IMG/VR virus record: IMGVR_UViG_2061766007_002263
DNA from: a virus
Taxonomy: Duplodnaviria > Caudoviricetes
Strand: one strand, 5' to 3'
DNA length: 64,000 nucleotides
Below the pieces are notes generated by a model that worked only from the letters and a program-made list of their open reading frames with translations, was not told the origin of the DNA and ran no database searches. How positions within the stretch are numbered: position 1 is the first letter of the stretch; each line of letters begins with the position of its first letter. The translations under genes and the position numbers were made by a program. Positions 1 to 9,190 of this stretch are shown one piece after another.

Positions 1-132
1 GCCGTTTCCGATTCCCGGAACATTGGCCCAGAACTTTACGCGCTCGTTAAGCTTGAATGTACGAGCATTTCCTTTTCCCATAACTGAACCAGCCTTAGCA
101 GCTGACTCGTTCATGCGATTTGATAAAGACAT
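1..132 (-). CDS. N-terminus of a gene running off the window edge; possibly the major capsid protein precursor
   Basis: ATG at 132 with AGAGGA RBS and ACTAACA late-type motif at 158-164. Reads MSLSNRMNESAAKAGSVMGKGNARTFKLNERVKFWANVPGIGNG; the LNE..KFW..V..G segment resembles gp23-type capsid propeptide ends. Only 44 codons visible. Confidence 0.4.
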   Translation of the reverse strand, partial: MSLSNRMNESAAKAGSVMGKGNARTFKLNERVKFWANVPGIGNG

Positions 133-514
133 GTATTTTATTCCTCTTATGTTTAAGTGTTAGTAAAAAAATATGAATACGAAACGGCGTATGTTTTTTT
201 CTCTCTGCCATTTCTTATTCCCTACAAAAAATGTAACCTTATCAGTCCGACTTCGAAAGATACCGTTAATTAAAACATGTGTACCCAAGGAAAACTCATT
301 TTAATTTTTTCCGAATGCCTACGCAGTTAAAGAGCCCAAGGCAATGAAACCAACCATAAAATGTTTATGTATAATTAGTGGAAGTTGAATTCAAACAATT
401 AAATTTCTATTAAACTTCCGACTAATCTAATACAATATAATTAGTGGAGTCTCGAAAAAAAACTAAATTATTTCAAACAACTAATTTTAAAATTCTTTGG
501 GAGAAATATAGAAA

Positions 515-652
515 ATGATGATTTTAGCTGTTTTACTTAGTCTGGCAAGCGTAGTATGCATGTTGGTACTGGACGTTTATCCAGTAGGATTCGCGTTGTT
601 GTTCGCGGCAAGCTCTTTGCTTATATTTCTGAGCCACACCACAGGTCTCTAA
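515..652 (+). CDS. small hydrophobic membrane protein (45 aa)
   Basis: Not in the ORF track. GGAG RBS, ATG 515 to TAA 652; MMILAVLLSLASVVCMLVLDVYPVGFALLFAASSLLIFLSHTTGL has two short hydrophobic segments; ACTAAAT/ACTAATT motifs at 462 and 480. Confidence 0.55.
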   Translation: MMILAVLLSLASVVCMLVLDVYPVGFALLFAASSLLIFLSHTTGL

Positions 653-683
653 GCTTTTCAGCGTCGTTTTAATATACTTTTAT

Positions 684-1514
684 ATGTATTTTAATTATGC
701 GATAGGAAACCCGCCTTACGAGGGACGTAACTTTCTGTATACAAAGATACTTTATCCGGTCTGGAACAATACGGACTGCGTAGTATGGTTATGTCCGACG
801 ACGTTCGTAGACGGCGTATACAAAAGAAACGACACATTCAACACCGTAATAAGAACATTCGGAAAGGCATTGGATTCATTTGAAGACGTTGACCCTTCCG
901 GATTTGATATGCAGGTCGCGCAGAACACCCTTGGCATTTTTTGTTTCAATAAAAGCTGCAAGGAACCGGAAGACATGGACGAGCTTTGCTGGCGGTTCTA
1001 TGAAGAGCCGAAAAAAATAAAAGAAATCTGCAAAAAAATTCTGACGTATTGCAAAGAAAGCAGCCTTAAAAAAACCCGGCTATCTCCGAAAAAAGTCATA
1101 GGCACTGCCCCGCAACCAGACCCTAACTTCAAATGCAACCCGAATAAATGGTATCTCGGATGCTCATGGGTAAGAGGCACTATAGGCGACTGGACTTGGA
1201 TTACGTTGCTGGGCGACAAGGACATTCCGGTTAAAGGCAATGTCAGGGATACTTGGTTTCATGCATGGGAGTTTGAATCAGAACCACTCGTAAACAATTT
1301 TCTCGATTATCTGAATAATTCAGATATCTTGAAGTTTTCTGTACATTTAGAGAAAATAAATCAGACAAACAACCCTGGGTCATTCGCATACTATCCTATG
1401 CCCTGTAAACTGCCTTGGGACGAAAAGACACTACAAGCCGACATAAACCTTACAGACGAGGAAACAATGTTGATAAAAAGTATACTTAAAAAGTACAAAG
1501 ATAAAACAAGATAA
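684..1514 (+). CDS. N6-adenine DNA methyltransferase-like protein (NPPY catalytic half plus target-recognition region; no visible SAM-binding motif I)
   Basis: FNYAIGNPPY motif IV at the extreme N-terminus; C-terminal PMP..PW....L....NLTDEE typical of Eco57I-like phage MTases. Confidence 0.75.
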   Translation: MYFNYAIGNPPYEGRNFLYTKILYPVWNNTDCVVWLCPTTFVDGVYKRNDTFNTVIRTFGKALDSFEDVDPSGFDMQVAQNTLGIFCFNKSCKEPEDMDELCWRFYEEPKKIKEICKKILTYCKESSLKKTRLSPKKVIGTAPQPDPNFKCNPNKWYLGCSWVRGTIGDWTWITLLGDKDIPVKGNVRDTWFHAWEFESEPLVNNFLDYLNNSDILKFSVHLEKINQTNNPGSFAYYPMPCKLPWDEKTLQADINLTDEETMLIKSILKKYKDKTR

Positions 1515-1516
1515 TT

Positions 1517-1555
1517 AAAAACCCTTGGTATCAATCTACCAAGGGTTCGTTTTTT
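1517..1555. terminator. bidirectional intrinsic terminator between convergent genes
   Basis: 11-bp stem AACCCTTGGTA/TACCAAGGGTT, 6-nt loop, flanked by A- and T-tracts. Confidence 0.75.
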
Positions 1556-1606
1556 ATAGCAAAATGAGAAAGAAAAATGTTCGGTCTTTAGCCGAATATC
1601 CGTTCA

Positions 1607-2362
1607 CTAGTCTTTACTGTCGTGATTCCAGAGCAATTCGTTTATGTTCAGAGTATCATTGGCAACATTGGTTTTGATAGGCTTGACGTTCTCTTTAAGC
1701 CAGTCTGTATTCACCCATGCGCCCCTTGTCAAGCAATTAGCCTGAGGATTCTCACCGGAACGAACTTCCAGAATTACATCGTCGTTCTCGTCAAGCATCC
1801 TGATTCTATCACAGTTCTTTCTGGAAACATACTCCAGCTTTCGGGCTTTCTTCGCGAGCTCTTCTATCTCGAACAGATAATAGAAGGTCTCTCCGGTACT
1901 TTTATCCTGGACCTGCATAAAATCCGGCGGTAAAGCGTATTTACTGAAATACTTGTTCATTTTCTTGCCAGTAACTTTGCTTGAATCGTCGTAGATTTCT
2001 TTCAGTTCCGTAAAGTATTTATTGCCTGCCATAGTGGAAGCCTGTGCGAATCCGGGCTGGTATCTTTTTACCTGAAAGTCATAGTCACACTCTATCCCAC
2101 CTAAAGATAAATCCGCCTTGGATTTGTCCTCAGGGTCTTTGATGTCGTGACATGCGTCCTGTAACGCGAATCTTAATACAGACTCAAATCTGTTGCCCGC
2201 GTTTCTTCCGTTTCCTATGATGTTTCCGTTAGCATCCTTTTCGGTAGCCACGGCGTATGTAATGTCAGATACTTTTTGATAATTGATGTCCTCGTCCATA
2301 AGACGGGACTTAATAGAGTTAAATGATGTTGTTTGTCTCAAAAATTGTTTTTTCTCCTTCAA
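1607..2362 (-). CDS. PD-(D/E)XK nuclease resembling a type II restriction endonuclease
   Basis: Motif order GNRFE ... KSKADL ... DFQVK matches the E..(P)D..(Q/E)xK core; convergent with an MTase. The true start may be the TTG seven codons downstream, behind AAGGAG. Confidence 0.55.
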   Translation of the reverse strand: MKEKKQFLRQTTSFNSIKSRLMDEDINYQKVSDITYAVATEKDANGNIIGNGRNAGNRFESVLRFALQDACHDIKDPEDKSKADLSLGGIECDYDFQVKRYQPGFAQASTMAGNKYFTELKEIYDDSSKVTGKKMNKYFSKYALPPDFMQVQDKSTGETFYYLFEIEELAKKARKLEYVSRKNCDRIRMLDENDDVILEVRSGENPQANCLTRGAWVNTDWLKENVKPIKTNVANDTLNINELLWNHDSKD

Positions 2363-2400
2363 TAAATTTTTTAATAATTAAATATTAACCATAATGAGAC

Positions 2401-2436
2401 AAAAAAACCGCCCACATGCTTTATACACGTAGGCGG
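2401..2436 (-). terminator. intrinsic terminator after tail sheath gene
   Basis: Minus-strand stem CCGCCTACGTG/CATGTGGGCGG (with G-U pairs) followed by T7. Confidence 0.75.
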
Positions 2437-2461
2437 GACTGAAATCAAATCTTAATCTGTT

Positions 2462-5383
2462 TTATTCCTGTCCAAGGACAGTGAACTGAAGAAGAACGTA
2501 ATCGCTGTAAGGATAGACCTTTACACGACATGAGATTACAAACTTTCTCTGTGACTTTGTTTGTGGCGTGTTGACAGAAGCAATGTCCACAGTAGCCTCA
2601 GCCCAAATCGGGTCTGAGCCGGAAAGTCTCTTGTCAAGTATAGCTTGTACTTGTTTTGTACGTACTTTATACCAGTAGTCGTTGATACGCTTATGTAACT
2701 GGTCAACCATGACTTTATCACGAATCTCGCGCTTACAAAGGTCAAAAGACATTGAATGTCCGAGATATGACCAATCCGTTACCGCTCCGTCCTGTGTTGA
2801 CTTATGACCTTGTATCATAAGTCCATTCTTGGAGTCGTATGTAATCGGGTTCAAGCCTTTTGCGTCGAGAATTTCAAGAGTCTCATTCGAGAAATTCCAT
2901 CTCTTGTCAAGTACTGCCCTTGAAAGCACACCACCAAGTCCGTTGCTGTCATTTGTTCCCGCAGGAGCGATACCACCGAGTTTCTTCTCCATGATACGCG
3001 CAAGGTTAACACCTACATCACCAATAGGCTGACACCAGTAGTATTTTCCTGTATAGGAGTCATACATCTTGAACTCACCGATGTATTGAGCCGTACCTTT
3101 TGAGCGTCCGGCAACCACAATTGTCTCAGGCTTGTTGAATTCCGCCTTCGTAATAATCTTCGGTGAGATTATCGTGCTTGTATCGTGATATGTAGTACGA
3201 AGAACCATAAGAGGAGCCTTGAAAACTTCTTGTCCGGAGCACTCCATGAAAACAAGAGCGTCGTCATAGCTGTTCTGCTGCGCCTCAATGATACCGTCTT
3301 TTATAGCAGCCGTAAATACAGCGTCTACCCGTGCTTCATCATCATTCGGAAGAGCATTCTGTGTCCATGCACATCCAAGAGTACCCGCATCGATGTTTGC
3401 TTGTACAGCATTTGTCATAGTGCGCTGACCTTTGATTGTGAACGTCTTAACATCTTGTGCCGGACCGATTATGTCTATAATCTTCTCGCCTGTAAAGAAT
3501 CCCTTATCGTCCATTACGCCGAGCTCATCGAACGTATGTACCGGAGTAACCTCGATAAAAGAAGCGTCACTTGATGAAAGAACGTTAGGCCAGTAAATGT
3601 TAACTCCGTCCGCGCTCACGCCGGTCTCAGAAAGAGAGCCAGTCCATTCACCACCAGACATGTACTGTCCAGGGTAAACCTGCTCTTTGCATGAAATCGT
3701 AACTGTATTATAATTTATGTCAGACTGAAGCTTGTATGTTCCACCAAGGCTGCGTCTGAATGTCTGATGACCATATTTTCCGGGTTTTGCCGTATTAGCT
3801 ACATACCAAATAGTTCCAGTACATGCCGCATTGACAACATTACCTGATTCAGACGAGTATGCCTCACCCATATGGTCAAAATCGTCATCATAGCCGGAAC
3901 AGATAAGCGGTCCTGAAACATAAATGTTCTTTGTCTTGTAATCAGGTGTAACATCCGTCCAAACTTCCGCATTGACATCATACTGCCAAAGAGAATGAAG
4001 TCTGTCGTCCTCAGGAGTAAGCCACTTGCTCTCTTCTTCACTCGCAATAACGTCAATTATGTATTTGTCGTTAGATGCCGCAAGGTCTTTAAGGAAAACT
4101 TTCGGTTTGATACCGGATGAATGAATTGCGCTCTCGCCCATTTTCTTGAGGTCACGAAGACCTATGATATTCTGGCTTGAATCAGACTCAAAATCTTTCT
4201 TGAGAATGTATTTTACATTGATATCATAAAGGTATTTGTCATATCCAATGTTGCTCAATGTAATGGATGTCGGTGTCTCGTTAGGTGACTTCTGTGAGAT
4301 ACGGAGGAAACAATCATTCTTGATGTTCACACGATAATAAAGTCTGTCCTCGATGCCTACGATAGGTGAGAAAGTCTTTACTATGGCGTTATTGCCGCCA
4401 TTATTCGCCGCGCTGATTTGCAGCGTAAACTTCTGTCCACCTGAGCCTTTCAAAAGAAGCTGCTCAATAAGTGCCTCGCCCTTAAGACTTCCTAATCCGT
4501 TGATGTTCTCTACCAGTTCAACTGTAGGATTAATCTGCGAGCGATTCTCACCGTCCGTAAAGATAAATCCCGGCATAGCGTCATTTCCCGGCTCAGAACC
4601 ATAATTGAAAATGTTCATAAAGTTCAGGAACGGAACGCCGTATGTCGTAGCTGAAAATGATGGTTTCGTGAACTCAACAGTACCGTTAACTTCTTGCTGG
4701 CTTACCGCACCGAACACAATAGTATATGTTCCTTCCGCCGTAAGCATATAGTATCCTACCGCGGACTCAGTATCAACGTCGTCAACAACGGCATAAATAA
4801 GACCATTATCAAAGTGATAAGCAACCTCGTCACCTTCGTCAAGGCCTGTTCCGTTGTCCTGCCATGACTTCAAGTTCATGTAGTTCAGTTTTGCAATCAA
4901 AGCCGGGCTTACATTTGTAATCTGTATAACACCCTGTCTTGTAGACGAAGTGTTTATCTCCGGGATAGAAATCTCTGACGGCGATATAGAGCTGTCAAAA
5001 TCACAGTCCTCATATCCAGGATATACCTGAACTTCGTAGCTTGGATTGTCCTTATCGTCTACTCTCCAATAATTGTACATGGATTTCGTTGTAAGATATA
5101 CACCACCGTAATATGACGGATAATTTTTTGATGTTCCCGGAGGAGCGGAAATGTAAAGACCGTATTCAGAGTTGAACGCGACCGCTTCGTACAAGTCCGG
5201 CCAGTTAGCCGTCTGCAAGCCTATCATGGCATTAATGGTTTTCTCGTTCCCATAAGGAAAATATGTAGCTTCCGTAGTACCTTTCGGCGCACGGCAAACC
5301 ATGTATCCCTTTATAGGAGCTTCAACCGTAGATGTCGTAAAAGACTCGTCAACGTCTACAAATATCAAACGGAATGACTTCAT
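2462..5383 (-). CDS. contractile tail sheath protein
   Basis: N-terminal VDVDES..APKG; C-terminal sheath domain (IAPAG, L...GLNPI, MIQGHKS, FVISCRVKVYPYSDYVLLQF); 973 aa with a large central insertion. Confidence 0.85.
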   Translation of the reverse strand: MKSFRLIFVDVDESFTTSTVEAPIKGYMVCRAPKGTTEATYFPYGNEKTINAMIGLQTANWPDLYEAVAFNSEYGLYISAPPGTSKNYPSYYGGVYLTTKSMYNYWRVDDKDNPSYEVQVYPGYEDCDFDSSISPSEISIPEINTSSTRQGVIQITNVSPALIAKLNYMNLKSWQDNGTGLDEGDEVAYHFDNGLIYAVVDDVDTESAVGYYMLTAEGTYTIVFGAVSQQEVNGTVEFTKPSFSATTYGVPFLNFMNIFNYGSEPGNDAMPGFIFTDGENRSQINPTVELVENINGLGSLKGEALIEQLLLKGSGGQKFTLQISAANNGGNNAIVKTFSPIVGIEDRLYYRVNIKNDCFLRISQKSPNETPTSITLSNIGYDKYLYDINVKYILKKDFESDSSQNIIGLRDLKKMGESAIHSSGIKPKVFLKDLAASNDKYIIDVIASEEESKWLTPEDDRLHSLWQYDVNAEVWTDVTPDYKTKNIYVSGPLICSGYDDDFDHMGEAYSSESGNVVNAACTGTIWYVANTAKPGKYGHQTFRRSLGGTYKLQSDINYNTVTISCKEQVYPGQYMSGGEWTGSLSETGVSADGVNIYWPNVLSSSDASFIEVTPVHTFDELGVMDDKGFFTGEKIIDIIGPAQDVKTFTIKGQRTMTNAVQANIDAGTLGCAWTQNALPNDDEARVDAVFTAAIKDGIIEAQQNSYDDALVFMECSGQEVFKAPLMVLRTTYHDTSTIISPKIITKAEFNKPETIVVAGRSKGTAQYIGEFKMYDSYTGKYYWCQPIGDVGVNLARIMEKKLGGIAPAGTNDSNGLGGVLSRAVLDKRWNFSNETLEILDAKGLNPITYDSKNGLMIQGHKSTQDGAVTDWSYLGHSMSFDLCKREIRDKVMVDQLHKRINDYWYKVRTKQVQAILDKRLSGSDPIWAEATVDIASVNTPQTKSQRKFVISCRVKVYPYSDYVLLQFTVLGQE

Positions 5384-5424
5384 TTATTAATCTCCTTATA
5401 TAGTTTTCTAAAAAAAGTATATAC

Positions 5425-5431
5425 AATTAGT
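5425..5431 (-). promoter_or_regulatory. phage late-type promoter motif ACTAATT (tail sheath)
   Basis: Motif recurs upstream of most structural genes. Confidence 0.6.
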
Positions 5432-5581
5432 AGCGTTTAAGCATAAAACCCTAAGAATCACGGGTTTCCGAGCCCCTACTAAATTGTCCGACCCTTTTTA
5501 ATTAGTTAATGAGACTATAGAAGAAGACACAAAAAAGGCCAAGGAAAAATATCCTTGACCTTAGAAAAAAAAATCCTAATT

Positions 5582-6124
5582 TTATACCGTTTTTTCTTTC
5601 TTTTCTTTCAAAGGGGGCGTTACGTCCACCAGCTCGCCTTTAACGTTGCGCTTAAAAATCCTCTGGTTGCTGCTGCCCCGTAATTTAAGGGTAATATCCC
5701 TGAGCTCCTGCACGAACCTTCCCTCGACAAGATAATCCACTTTGCTAAGCGCAAGGTTTATGTCCTCGTCACCGGCATCACGAAGCTCCTCTATAGTATA
5801 CCCGGACCATAAATAAATCCTTATAGAAGGACATTTCTCCTTTATACGGTTTATAATGTATGCGACACCTTTACGATTCCAAGGTGCCATCGGCTCACCT
5901 CCAAGTATAGAAAAGCATCTCTCCATACCGTTCCTATGTATCGCACGAAGTATGCGTGTAGTAAGTCCGTCCAAGTCTGTGCATTCCGTACCGGTCTCTT
6001 TGTCCCAATACTGCGCATTCTGACATCCCGGACATTTAAAATTACATCCCGCCGTCCATAAGGACACTGCAAAACCGTCCACTGAATCTACTATGTCGTT
6101 TGTTTTTAATGCGACCAAATACAT
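5582..6124 (-). CDS. nrdG: anaerobic ribonucleotide reductase activating enzyme (radical SAM)
   Basis: GCNFKCPGCQN (CxxxCxxC), LGGEP, WSGY, LRGSSNQRI. Confidence 0.95.
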   Translation of the reverse strand: MYLVALKTNDIVDSVDGFAVSLWTAGCNFKCPGCQNAQYWDKETGTECTDLDGLTTRILRAIHRNGMERCFSILGGEPMAPWNRKGVAYIINRIKEKCPSIRIYLWSGYTIEELRDAGDEDINLALSKVDYLVEGRFVQELRDITLKLRGSSNQRIFKRNVKGELVDVTPPLKEKKEKTV

Positions 6125-6269
6125 TTTTCAAAAACCTCATTTTTAAGTTTCAATTGCTTCCGTTCCTCAGAATACTTCTGATTCTTTCCCTCGTCAAATA
6201 AGCCCTAAATTAGCTGCGCCTCAAAATTCCCAAACCCTATAGAAACATAAATCTGCAATCTATTATATA

Positions 6270-7451
6270 TTACGCTCTTTTTCTAAACCCGGCAAGATAA
6301 CCTTTGCCATAAGTTATGTTTATATAATCAAGATACAATTTTATATCATTCTTTCGAATAAACCTTACGCCGTTTTTAAGCCCGCACTGACGTTTCGCCT
6401 CAAACATACCGTCTTTTGAAGGGTCATAAGGATTCCGCATCGTACCGTTCTCATTAAAGAACTGGTCGCCTTTTATTTCTATAAGCTCACCGTTCAGCCG
6501 GAAATCCGGAAAATAATAATGCCTCTCACCGTCGTACTCATATTCTAACCTCACCGGCTCACGTTCTATTATCATGTCATGGTCAACCGCATAAATCCAT
6601 ACCGCAAGCTCCCATTTGCTGTCGAACCGCATACCGTTATAATCATACCTCGCATATGCCCTTCTCCTAAGTTCAACAGATTGCGACGGGTTCTCAACAC
6701 CATATCTTTCCACACAAGTTCTGCTTGACTTCTCCTTAAAATCATCCGTAAGCCAGTAATGCTTACCATAGATGCCTTCAAAAATCTCCGACTGCTTCTT
6801 CAGAGCCCTGCATTTTATCGGCTCATAAAGCATCGGATGCTCAACGCCGTATCTTTCCATACATGTTTCTTTGTTACGCTCAGGATTGTTAAAATTCTCG
6901 TCCCCATACCGCTCCAGTTTAGTCCGTTTTATTTTTGAAACTATGTTCTCAAGGTGTTCACCATATCTCGCGCGTTTTGTATCTATGACTTTCACGACAA
7001 GCTCCTCAGATTGCAAAGTGGTCGGAGCCCCGTACCTTTCATTCATTGTCTGACGGGCTTTCTCGGAATTGCTGTAATTCTCGTCGCCATATTTCTCCAG
7101 CTTGGTTTTCTTCGCTTTCACCATAAGCTCCTTGGACTTAAACGCATTGTCCACACCAAACTTACGGGTCATCGTGTCTTTAGCTTTGGTCTGTATGTAT
7201 TCAAGATATTTGTCAAACGAGCCATACTTTTTGTCTATTGACTCGTGTCTCTTTCTGTTTGATTCCAGTTTCTGCTCGCTTGTCCTTTTGGATTTGCCGT
7301 CCTTTATATTGCATTCGGCACAATACAACTGATGCTTGGTAGATTTTCTGAATTCCTTTTCCGTCAATTTTCCACATCCTTGACAATAAAAAGACACACG
7401 TGACGGAAATTTCAAAATTTCATCATAAGATTCTATAAACATATGTATCAA
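6270..7451 (-). CDS. free-standing putative homing endonuclease: Zn ribbon + (E/K)(R/K)YG repeats + PD-(D/E)XK domain
   Basis: CQGC/CAEC; about nine repeats such as EKYGDENY, ERYGDENF, ERYGVEHP, ERYGVENP; C-terminal FDSKWE...YFPDF...IEIKG. Inserted between nrdD and nrdG; likely ATG start at 7442. Confidence 0.7.
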   Translation of the reverse strand: MIHMFIESYDEILKFPSRVSFYCQGCGKLTEKEFRKSTKHQLYCAECNIKDGKSKRTSEQKLESNRKRHESIDKKYGSFDKYLEYIQTKAKDTMTRKFGVDNAFKSKELMVKAKKTKLEKYGDENYSNSEKARQTMNERYGAPTTLQSEELVVKVIDTKRARYGEHLENIVSKIKRTKLERYGDENFNNPERNKETCMERYGVEHPMLYEPIKCRALKKQSEIFEGIYGKHYWLTDDFKEKSSRTCVERYGVENPSQSVELRRRAYARYDYNGMRFDSKWELAVWIYAVDHDMIIEREPVRLEYEYDGERHYYFPDFRLNGELIEIKGDQFFNENGTMRNPYDPSKDGMFEAKRQCGLKNGVRFIRKNDIKLYLDYINITYGKGYLAGFRKRA

Positions 7452-7523
7452 TTAGAAGCTTAAAATAGAAAACGGCGAACAACACCGTTTTTCATGGCTG
7501 CTCACCGTTTTCATTAAATCTCA

Positions 7524-8075
7524 TCACTCCGGATTGTTATTCCAATCCACCAAAGAACTTGAATGTTTGTATCTGTGATTTACTTCGTCCACCTTTCCTT
7601 CATTGAAAGCGTCGAGGTAGGAACCAGTAAGATAACCGGTAACACGACGCAGACGCTGTATCACACGATGTCCTGGGACGTCATGCGCACCGCATACAGG
7701 GCATTCGTTGTCGATGTTTCCTTGATAACCACATTCAAGGCATGTGTCCGCTGGACAGTTTATTGCGAAATATGGAATATCTTTCTCCATCGCATAGTCT
7801 ACAATTTGCTCCAATGCCTTAAGATTGTTCTGCGTTCTATCATCAAGCTCGACATACGTAATACATCCTGCATTCGAATATCCGGTAAGCTGACTCTCAA
7901 TGTCAATCTTTTCAAACGGGTCTATTTTCGTCCAGACCGGAACATGCATGGAGTTTGTGAAAAACTGCCTGTAATCTTTCTTGTCCGAACCTTCAATATC
8001 CGAATATGTAACGTCCTTTATCTCACCGTATTTCGCACGGAACTTTTTCATCGCTGTATAACAAAGACTTTCAGC
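7524..8075 (-). CDS. nrdD: class III RNR large subunit, C-terminal gene, exon 3 (glycyl-radical domain)
   Basis: After splicing reads (YTP)AESLCYTAMKKF...; FTNSMH, CLECG/CPVCG Zn site, RRVTGYL glycyl loop. Confidence 0.92.
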   Translation of the reverse strand, partial: AESLCYTAMKKFRAKYGEIKDVTYSDIEGSDKKDYRQFFTNSMHVPVWTKIDPFEKIDIESQLTGYSNAGCITYVELDDRTQNNLKALEQIVDYAMEKDIPYFAINCPADTCLECGYQGNIDNECPVCGAHDVPGHRVIQRLRRVTGYLTGSYLDAFNEGKVDEVNHRYKHSSSLVDWNNNPE

Positions 8076-8371
8076 CGTTAAACCTAAAAACTTTCGTTAA
8101 TAGCCAGACTATATTTTCATCTTTTAATTCTTTTACCAAATTAAAAGCGCCTCTCATTTCGCTAAGATTATTAGCTACTCTACTCATTTATTCATTTAAG
8201 TATTTCACTTAAACTATACTTTCGATAGTCGTTAGAGTCACCCAAAAAGCTTTGGGCTTCCTACGGGGTTAGCTTGCTCTTGTTTAGCCTTTCTTACCAG
8301 ATTATTACTCTTCGCCCGTTTAGAGAGGGATTTTCATTTGTTGTCACCAACAAAGCACCCACTTAAAATCT
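8076..8371 (-). ncRNA. group I intron (296 nt, no ORF) in nrdD
   Basis: 5' exon ends in T (ACACCT) pairing with intron GGGTG (U-G at splice site); terminal G; core elements AAACGGGCGAA, AACCCCGTAGGAAG, CTAACGACTA, AAAATATAGTC; removal restores conserved YYTP|AESLC in frame. Confidence 0.9.
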
Positions 8372-8932
8372 AGGTGTATAATAAACTCCAAAATTAAGTT
8401 TATATTCTTCTTTGAACTCCGCGCATCTTTTTTTGAAAAGACCCTCAATCTTCTTGGCGACTTCCATACCTTTCTCGGTTGTCTGGTCACATCCTACAAG
8501 AAGCTGCAATGTCTCCGCCAAGCCAAGCTGACCTATTACGAGTGTACCGTGCTTGAGCGCGGAACGGATTCCTTCCTCTTCCCTATAACCATACATAGTA
8601 CCGTTTTCATACATGAACTTCGCCGAGTTCTTGTTCTGTGCCGCTATCCAGTTGTATCTTTCTAGCAGACCGTCCTTACAATCATGTATGGCTTTGTCAA
8701 GTATATCCATAAAACAGTCCACAAATAAATCCGGATTGTTCTTGGCTTTTTTCCTGGCTTCCATAGCCAAAGTAGGAAGAATTATCGTAGCCGGAGCGAG
8801 GTTTCCCCGTCCGTCTTTCTGCTGTCCTGTAGCAAGAAAATTATATTCCGGAATCTTGCCGTCAATCACGCTGTTGACAGCTTTAACCCACTCGTCATAC
8901 CAGTTTACATCAAAACCATTGGCTGTTCTACA
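8372..8932 (-). CDS. nrdD: class III RNR large subunit, C-terminal gene, exon 2
   Basis: CRTANGFD..., KDGRGN, LKHGTLVIGQLGLAE, NFGVYYTP. Confidence 0.92.
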
Positions 8933-9190
8933 CATATTTATCTTATGTCACCATAAGCACTGACTATATCTTCTACTTTTCAGTAGTCTTCCGCTTCGAA
9001 CTGGCGCTTATCTCCAGCCCTACTCCGCTACATTCATCACGGATAGTCGATACAGGTTCTTGGTTTCCCAAGCTTCCCACGGTCTCATCTTGCAAATCTT
9101 ACAAGACCTAACCGTTAGCAGACTCTTTTTCAGAATCCACACCCCTTAAGCAGGGTTCAAAAGATTTTAGATGAGCTGTAGTTTACACTT
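8933..9190 (-). ncRNA. group I intron (258 nt, no ORF) in nrdD
   Basis: 5' exon ATGGGT pairs with intron GCTCAT (U-G at splice site); terminal G; core elements TGCTAACGGT, GACCGTGGGAAG, GTATCGACTA, AAGATATAGTC; removal restores STMG|CRT in frame. Confidence 0.92.

Noticed and set aside
6125-6269. Small ORF or duplicated nrdD tail (LFDEGK) upstream of nrdG
   Set aside because: No start codon in that frame after the preceding stop, and the similarity is too short.
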